Below are positions 56,211-64,000 of a stretch of DNA of 64,000 nucleotides, in pieces. Each line of letters begins with the position of its first letter. The stretch's first letter is position 1. Location: NCBI RefSeq assembly GCF_009914755.1, contig NC_060929.1, one strand, 5' to 3'. The stretch is from the human T2T-CHM13v2.0 reference genome, Homo sapiens. The translations under genes and the position numbers were made by a program. The notes under the pieces are model-generated. The model was given only the letters and a program-made list of their open reading frames with translations, ran no database searches and was not told the DNA's origin.

Positions 56211-56880
56211 TGTAATACGAAAACATATTTGGTCTTTGTCCCTGGTTCCTGGAACAGAGCTCCTAAAAGGCTTGAAAGCTCATGAGTCATAGAGTGTCTT
56301 TTGTTATTCATAACAATCCCCTGAAAAAAATCCATCACTGAGTTTATGCTAATGAGGTGACTTAGACTGGGGCCTTTAGATAGCCTTAGGATGGGACTGG
56401 TCACCAGAAAGACCCAGTGATTAGAGGGTACTTTCAGCCTCACCCACTGGTGTCCAGGAAGGGGAGAGCTTCCAGGTTAGTAAACACACTGATGTGCAGC
56501 TGGGAGGGTGGCATGCTGACAGAGGGGACAGAAGCTCAGTATGCCCTTTCCCATCCATATACCTTGCTCTATGCATTTCTTCCATTTGATTGTCCCTAAG
56601 TTGCATCCTTTATAATAAACTGGTAAACATAAGTATTTTCCTGAGCTCTGTGAGTCATTCTAGCAAGTTATTGAAACTGAGGAGGTGGTAACAGGAACCC
56701 CTAATCTACATTCAGTTGGTCAGAAGTATGAGTGGCTCCTCCAGGACTTGTGACTGGTGTCTGAAACAGGGGCAGTCTTGTGAAACTGAACTCTTTAGGC
56801 AGATAATGTTAGAACTGAATTGAACTACTGGACACCCAACAGAAATTGCAGAATTGGTTGGCATCAGAGAAAACACCCCA
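56211..56880 (+). mobile_element. MER21 (B/C) ERVL solo LTR
   Basis: ttggtctttgtccctggttcctgg...gagtttatgctaatgaggtgact...tataataaactggtaaac...ggacacccaac. Confidence 0.85.
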
Positions 56881-57024
56881 GAAAGATACTGAAAGGTACA
56901 AGGGCCAGGGACCTTAAGAATTGGATTAGTTCTCAATTGAGTCTCAACTTGAGAAATGATGTTATTTATTAGCCCTAAAGCCCCAAGACTGTGTGCCAGA
57001 TGCTATGTTTGCTTTACACATATT

Positions 57025-57568
<544 letters not shown>

Positions 57569-60500
57569 TCGGACTGCATTTTTAACCTCATCTCCATACT
57601 ATATCTCTACAATGGTATGATTCTGAATGTTATTCATACACTAAAACAGGAAATAAAAAGTTATTATTCACAATTTGCCTTCAATGACTACAAGCTTTAA
57701 GTTGATGTAGAGAAATATAAATGCCTTGGAATGTATTATAGAAAACATTTACAATAATACATTTTTATGCTGATTATTAAGATACTAACTAAGCCTCTTT
57801 TTCTTCTTTCCAGCTATATTTTAAAAGATCTGGGGGCAAAAAAAAAAAAAGAGACTAAAGATAGAGTTAATTGGGGTACACAAGTTTCTAAGGGAAGCAA
57901 AATCCGATATGAACAGCAGCAGCCCCTTGTGGTCTAAGGGGAAAAGCAGTGTATCTGTAGTTATGGGGGGTGAAAATATGTTTTTTAAAAGAATATATGT
58001 ACATATTTAGCCATTTGACTTAGTTCTCAACCCAACACATTAAAAAACAGATGCTTTAAAAAATAATCTGTTGCCAAGAAGCTTGTTAAAATTTTATCAG
58101 TTGAGATATTAAAATTCATTATGAATTAATTAACACATTATACAAAAATAAAATGTTTTTGTTTCATCGTTTTACAAAGTACTATAACCAGTGGTGATTA
58201 ACACTGGGAATTTTGTGTGTCTTGGTATGTCTTGCTCAAAAAGAAACTAAATTTATAGGATTACCACTAAATTGATGACATTTTCTGTCTTCACTCTTGA
58301 ATTCTGTTGGCAGATGTTTTTGAGAACAAAAAATTCCATCTTATTACAAAACATATTAAGCAGGTTTTCCTGCCAGGCAAGTCTGACATGATGTGTATTG
58401 CCTAGACCAAATCAATCCCCTTAATAAACCATAATATATGCTAGCAAGTACACTATTTCATAGTTAAGAAAACTTGCCACATGAAATAGTAAGTTCTTTG
58501 ATCTCTCATGCTCTGCTCCTAATGTCTCAGAAAAGTGCTACATAATCTACCAGTCATATCTATTTATACTCAGCAAGTAAAATAAAATTATACTTTGCTA
58601 ATCTTAAAGTTTTAGGCCCAAATTTACTTTTGCCTGTGTATACTAGATACTTGCAAAAATTTGAAAGGAGACTGGCTATTTACAAGATACTAGAGAAAAG
58701 AAAATCCAAATACTTGAATATACTTGGAAAATAAAATAGTTTCAGAAATTAAACAATCATTGTTTGTAATACAAATAAATTGAACTTGGTTGCTAAAATA
58801 CTAGATAGAAATGACTTCAATGGCATTTGCACAGAAGAGATTCAGAACTGTGAACATACCCCAGTCAGAACATCAAAAACATATTTTTGGAAAGAAAGCT
58901 TTAGTTTATCAGAGTTGGCTGTTTCTAAACTATTGCAAAAATTCACATGAATGCTGAAAAAAATCAATCAGAAAACTAGGCAACACCAACTATCTTACAT
59001 ATTAAAGAATAAGATTTTTGACGGATGTCAACAAATAATTGATAAATATTTAAGCATCTCTATGTGCAATTCCAGGCTTTGCTAAGATTTCTATTCTGTA
59101 AATGTTTCTTTAACATTTGGACTTTTCGTTTTGTGTCCATGTAATTCTCTTCCCCTCTATCCTCAGCATCTGTTTTTGCTTTCTTTCAGAGGCTGGGTCT
59201 AATTCTTCTCCTTTACTTCCCATCAGTAGAGTCTACAAATAAGTCTCACTTTAGGAAAGAGATGTTCAAGCACTTCCAACCCAACATTAGACAGATCAGC
59301 ATCAAGTCACTTTTGCCTATACTCTACACATAGTCTCTAAAATTCTATTAACTGACCTTCCTTGATTTAGTTGTCCTCTTATGCTCCAGTTTGATAACAG
59401 AATAACCTTCATTCCTATGCTGCAGGTTCCTTTATCTAGGTATCACTTAGGCCTAATCTTGTTGTTTTGTTCTCCATCCAAGGGATTAAATTCTAGTATC
59501 AGTTCCTGACTCCCTCATAATATGCTCTGTACTAATGCAAAAAGCAGCACATATCTGCTTTTAAGGATTGACATGCAATGCCAAAACATATAAAGCACGC
59601 TCAAAGATCTAAAGGATTATGGGGAGATCTAGTGGAGAGGCATGAAAATAATTGGTAATATTAATTAAATTATTAGACAAAAATACAAGAGACATATCAA
59701 GACAGTACCTGGTAAATTCCATGTAAATTAGCTAATCATTATACATTCCACGAGTCTCAGTAAGGAGGGGTCATCGGTTATAGTGAGAGGAAGAGGTGGA
59801 ATTTCAGCTAGGCACTTATAACGTGGGTTGTAAGTGGATAGAATTTTGGATTCAGGAAAGAACAGAAATTGAAGTTACAGATTCCATAAAGCACAAAGTT
59901 TGTACAGGGTAGAGTAACCCCAGCAGCCTGGCTGTACTCTTAAGAGCAAATGTGTAACACAGAAATTGCAATGGGTCAGGTTGAAACATTTCCATTTTCA
60001 TCCATAATTTTAGCAGTATAATGACATAGCTCAAAAGGAAAATAGGATATTCTACTTTTATATATTCAGATGAAAATATATAGTTCAAGGTATCAAATAA
60101 TGACCTTATACCATTAATTTTTGGATTGTAATCTCAGCTACTGGATTGAGTGGGAAGTCAACAATTGTAGTGCTGTTTGACTTTTTGTTTTGGTTTGTTG
60201 GAATGTTTCCTCATAGAAAATCAAGCTGTATACTTTAATAATGCAGGACATATTTTAAAAAGTGGTAGTTGTAGTGAGGGGTTTTAATCCTGGCTCTACC
60301 ACCTTATTTAAAATTTATTGTGAAAGATCTGCTCTACAAATATTTATTATGAAGGCTCTGTTGTAGGCTCTGGGATACAGTAGCGAGCAAAACAGACTAA
60401 GTACATGCCCTCATGAAGCTTATATTAAGAGCTATGTGACCTTTGAAAAATTACTCAAAGGGGTGTGTGTGTGTGTGTTTATGGTACAAACAGGCTTTAT

Positions 60501-61499
60501 TAGTTGCAATGGAAAGTGGCAGAGGGGAGGATATGATAGCTCCTGCTCCTGGGGCAGGGTCCTCAGACTGAGTTTCCACCCTCCAAAAGCTAAAAATTTT
60601 TGACCCACAATCTGATCTGTAAATTTGGATCAGTATTAGTCATACTATTTGTAGAGAATATATAAATATATATACATATTTATAGAAATACTTACATTTA
60701 TACATATAAATTGTTTATAAACATTTAAGAAACAGAGTCCATTAAATAATAGCTGATCAAAAATCTATCTTTGTCATCAAATGTTGTTTACTATATTGTA
60801 TCATACATTTACTACACATGGCTTAATTTTCAAATTTCAGATACATATTTTGTTTTCAATCTACAGAACAATGTGGTAAAGAAGAAAGAGGGGAAGAATC
60901 TACAGTAATTACTAGTCCTGGTTTCAACAAGTAGATTTATTATCTACCATTTACTAGCTTTGTGATCCTAGACTAACATTTGTGCATCAGTTTCCAACTA
61001 TAAAATCAGGACAAAATGATGTGATTCATCTACCTATTAGGCTGTCACAAAGAATAGAAGATAATTTCAAATTGTAAATTGGTAAGAAGTATATAAATAA
61101 AAGTTAATTTAGTTCCATCATATAAAATGCTCTGTGTCTGAAAATTACAAACACTTGGTATTGGGAGATAAGTAGAGAGAAGAAGAGCACTAGCAGAAGT
61201 CATTTCCAGAATGGATCAAAATTACTAAGGAATTAATACACCTCACACAAAATGAACCGTTCTTCTCTTTCCCACTACAAGGCCAAAACTTACTATCTAG
61301 AAGTAGGTTTGAAGAGTGTCAGCACATCTCTGCTATTTTGCAAAATTCCAGAAGATTTTAAGAGAAATGATGTTTACTAAGAAAAAACATTTCATAACTA
61401 AGACCATCGATACAAAGTTGTATTATGTGTTTGGGCCTATTTTTGTCTTTTGGTGCTTTTGTTGGGAACTTGAATTGATGAGTGAAATGGGACAAAGAG

Positions 61500-61765
61500 G
61501 CAAAAAGACTTAGAAAAGAGGGAAAAATGACAGGAGTCTAAAAGAGAAAATAATTAAAAAGAAAACAAAAGGAAAGAGAGCAGGTCTTAACAATGAAGCA
61601 ACATAAAAAGAATGTTGTTTCCTTGGTATAAGAAAAAATAGATGAGAGGAAAAACAAAGCAGATGTGAAAAACAGAATAAAGAAAATGCATGCATAAAGA
61701 GAACAAAAGAAAAAAAGCAAAGCAATGGTGACAAGATAAAGACAAAATAGGAAGAAATAAACTTA
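61500..61765. repeat. A/G-rich low-complexity tract
   Basis: Read directly; explains the Phe/Leu-rich spurious ORFs. Confidence 0.75.
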
Positions 61766-63504
61766 CGGGACAGATGTCTGATATCTGAGATAGATGCTTA
61801 ATCTGTACATGTCACAGGCAAAAAAAAATTGTTTAAGAAGAAATAAACCTAATATACAATATCATTTTGTTTGCATTTTACATAAACAAGTAGGTATTCC
61901 TTATAATTTTATATTTCAAAAGCCTTATATAATTCATTTCTGGAATCTGGATATCAGAGGTAATCTTTTAAAAATTTTAACCTGTCATAAGATGGTGGTT
62001 TACAGACTGGATCATATAGAAGGAAGCTTAGTACAACTGATAGAGAAGATGGTAACATCATGACCCCGATGTAATCATATGAAAGAAAGGGGGTGATATA
62101 ACCGCATTGGAACAAACAAGCTACTTATTGCTTCTAAATATAATAAGCGTTCTTGCTTTTCAAATAATATATTAAATAGTGAGATGCTTTCTAAAAATTT
62201 AAATATTATAATCTGCTTGATTCACTATATGAGCTGCTTTGAGAATTCCTTGTCAGGATACATTTTTGGGGTCTTGGGAATATATATGCTGTTTTCACCA
62301 CTGCTTAACTGTCATAGCTTACTCAATAGACTGACCTATAAATAAAATATTTTGAATGTTTAAAGCACAATTCCAAAAAGTAGAGTGATTATGCCATGAA
62401 CTAGAATAATACAGAAAATAAAAACTTAGAAAGCAATATATTTCCCCTAAAAGGTAGTATGAAACATTTTATTAATGATCTTCTAAAGTAAATGTAAAAA
62501 TAGTTCAAGTTGAATAATTTGAAATGTTACTACTATCCTATTGTATAATTTATAAAACGTTATTTTCTCTGTGTTTAAATGTTCTGAATTGCTCACTTTT
62601 GAGGACTATTTCAATATACTATTTTTCTTAACCCGTAGCATTTTCGACATGCTTTACTATTAAACTTCTAGCATCCATAATAAGGGCTTTGAAAATTGAC
62701 AAATGTCTCATATATATAATTTATAGTATGCATGTCAACATTCTGAATATGTCCAAGTGTAAACAAAATTGTTTGTGCCCCCTACAGAATTAGAAATCCT
62801 TGGGCAACACTGCTCTAATGATCCCATACCGTTAGTACTACAAAGTGTAAAAGTTCGCTGGGTAGGACAAGAGAAAAGGACAGAGTTCCCTCATTACACT
62901 ATCCCTACACTATTTTGGCTTAAGTATTTATTAAGATATTAATTACTCTTCCTCCCTCTATCTGCCTTTAGACATTAGGCTGAGACACTGTAGATAGTTG
63001 CTCATCGTAAAACAATGCATTATCCAGTAAACCTTACCCCCCAAGATGAATGTTTTGTATGGAGCATTATTAATTCAGCAGGTGATATGTCTTAGAATTG
63101 TGAGGCTACATATACTCTCTCTTATGGACAACATAACGGCATGTTATGCTGATGCTATGTTTCCTTAAAGAAACAGCGTGTTTGGAAACTGAATTGGCAA
63201 GTTTTCTGCCTTCTGCATCCATCACAATAAAATTATTTTAGAAAATTTTTCTTGAGGTAGTATATGACACAAAAGGAAACAGAATTTGCATTTGTGACTT
63301 CTATAAAATGTCACACTGAAATAAGAATGATGCGTTTTGTAATTCTGAATTTAAAAACCCATTTAATCCAAGTAGACGACTATGGGAAATAAATGATGAC
63401 AAATAAAAAAATTAATATTCTTGAAGAAAAACAAAACAATCTACATATAATAAAATATATACAAGGTAAAGAAAATAGTAAAGGAAAGTAGTGATCTCAC
63501 TCAC

Positions 63505-63723
63505 TCTGATATACAATTGCATCATTTCTTTTTCTCTTTGGGGGTTACGATACTTCTCATAGAAATCACGTCGCTTCTTTGTTTCTTTAGAAACTTTATC
63601 TTTTCTTTCCCGTTTTTCTGCTGGTTCATCTGAACTATCAGATGATGACTGTACGTGTATCTTCGGCTTTTCTACTTCAATATAGTTTTCATTGGGATTT
63701 AGTACTATTACTCCATATCCTTC
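63505..63723 (-). CDS. FAM172A: FAM172A/ARB2A internal coding exon (73 codons, [14 protein letters not shown]...[10 protein letters not shown])
   Basis: Peptide recognised as FAM172A. Minus-strand acceptor ttcatttcaaaacag|GAA and donor AGA|gtgagt; 219 nt, phase 0/0; joins in frame to the exon at 6224-6343. Confidence 0.96.
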
Positions 63724-64000
63724 CTGTTTTGAAATGAAAGAAGGTAGCATAATTTAAATCTTATAATCCATTTCAATTTTCAAAAAAGTTCTTAAAATTT
63801 CAGTCTAAGCAATTTTTATATAGTTGCATATTCATTAAAATACTCCTTTAGGCAAGATAATGATTTTATTTTTTTCAAAAGAAAGTCATTTAAAATTGTT
63901 TGCCTTTATTGTGTATATAAATAAGCTTTTATTATTTATAAGAACAAAAAATATAATTGCAACATAAAGATTATAAAGCTTAAATTAAAAAACTAATTCA

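Noticed and set aside
57914-57934. Possible CTCF site (gaccacaaggggctgc on the minus strand)
   Set aside because: The core spacing is off by one base from the consensus.
61510-61734. Hydrophobic ORFs suggesting membrane peptides (also 55325-55564)
   Set aside because: By-products of low-complexity purine-rich tracts.
63724-63750. MLPSFISKQ as the protein N-terminus
   Set aside because: It is intronic acceptor sequence; the exon begins after cag at 63723.

Overview
AT-rich, repeat-dense human genomic DNA; an AluYg6-family insertion supports human rather than another primate. It holds two consecutive minus-strand coding exons of FAM172A/ARB2A (63505-63723 and 6224-6343, both phase 0/0) joined by a ~57.2-kb intron. 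The intron contains a full-length L1PA3/4, truncated L1s, a full-length Hsmar2 mariner, hAT and Tigger relics, LTR7, MER21, LTR16 and MER77-like LTRs, about 19 Alus, MIR/L2 fragments and microsatellites. Nearly all other ORFs in the track are repeat-derived. I found no convincing new multi-gene system. The most unusual signals are structural. (1) A 325-bp, apparently 100% identical inverted copy of the L1's own 5'UTR/ORF1 start sits inside its ORF1, with a templated fold-back junction. (2) An ERVL-type LTR RNA appears to have been polyadenylated at its own signal and re-inserted by L1 machinery (12-13-bp TSD). (3) Further template-switch hairpins occur in an old L1 and in a MER8. (4) Read-through past the FAM172A donor adds a 30-aa hydrophobic tail. 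Repeat subfamily names come from recalled consensus sequences and need RepeatMasker/Dfam confirmation; boundaries of old repeats are approximate.
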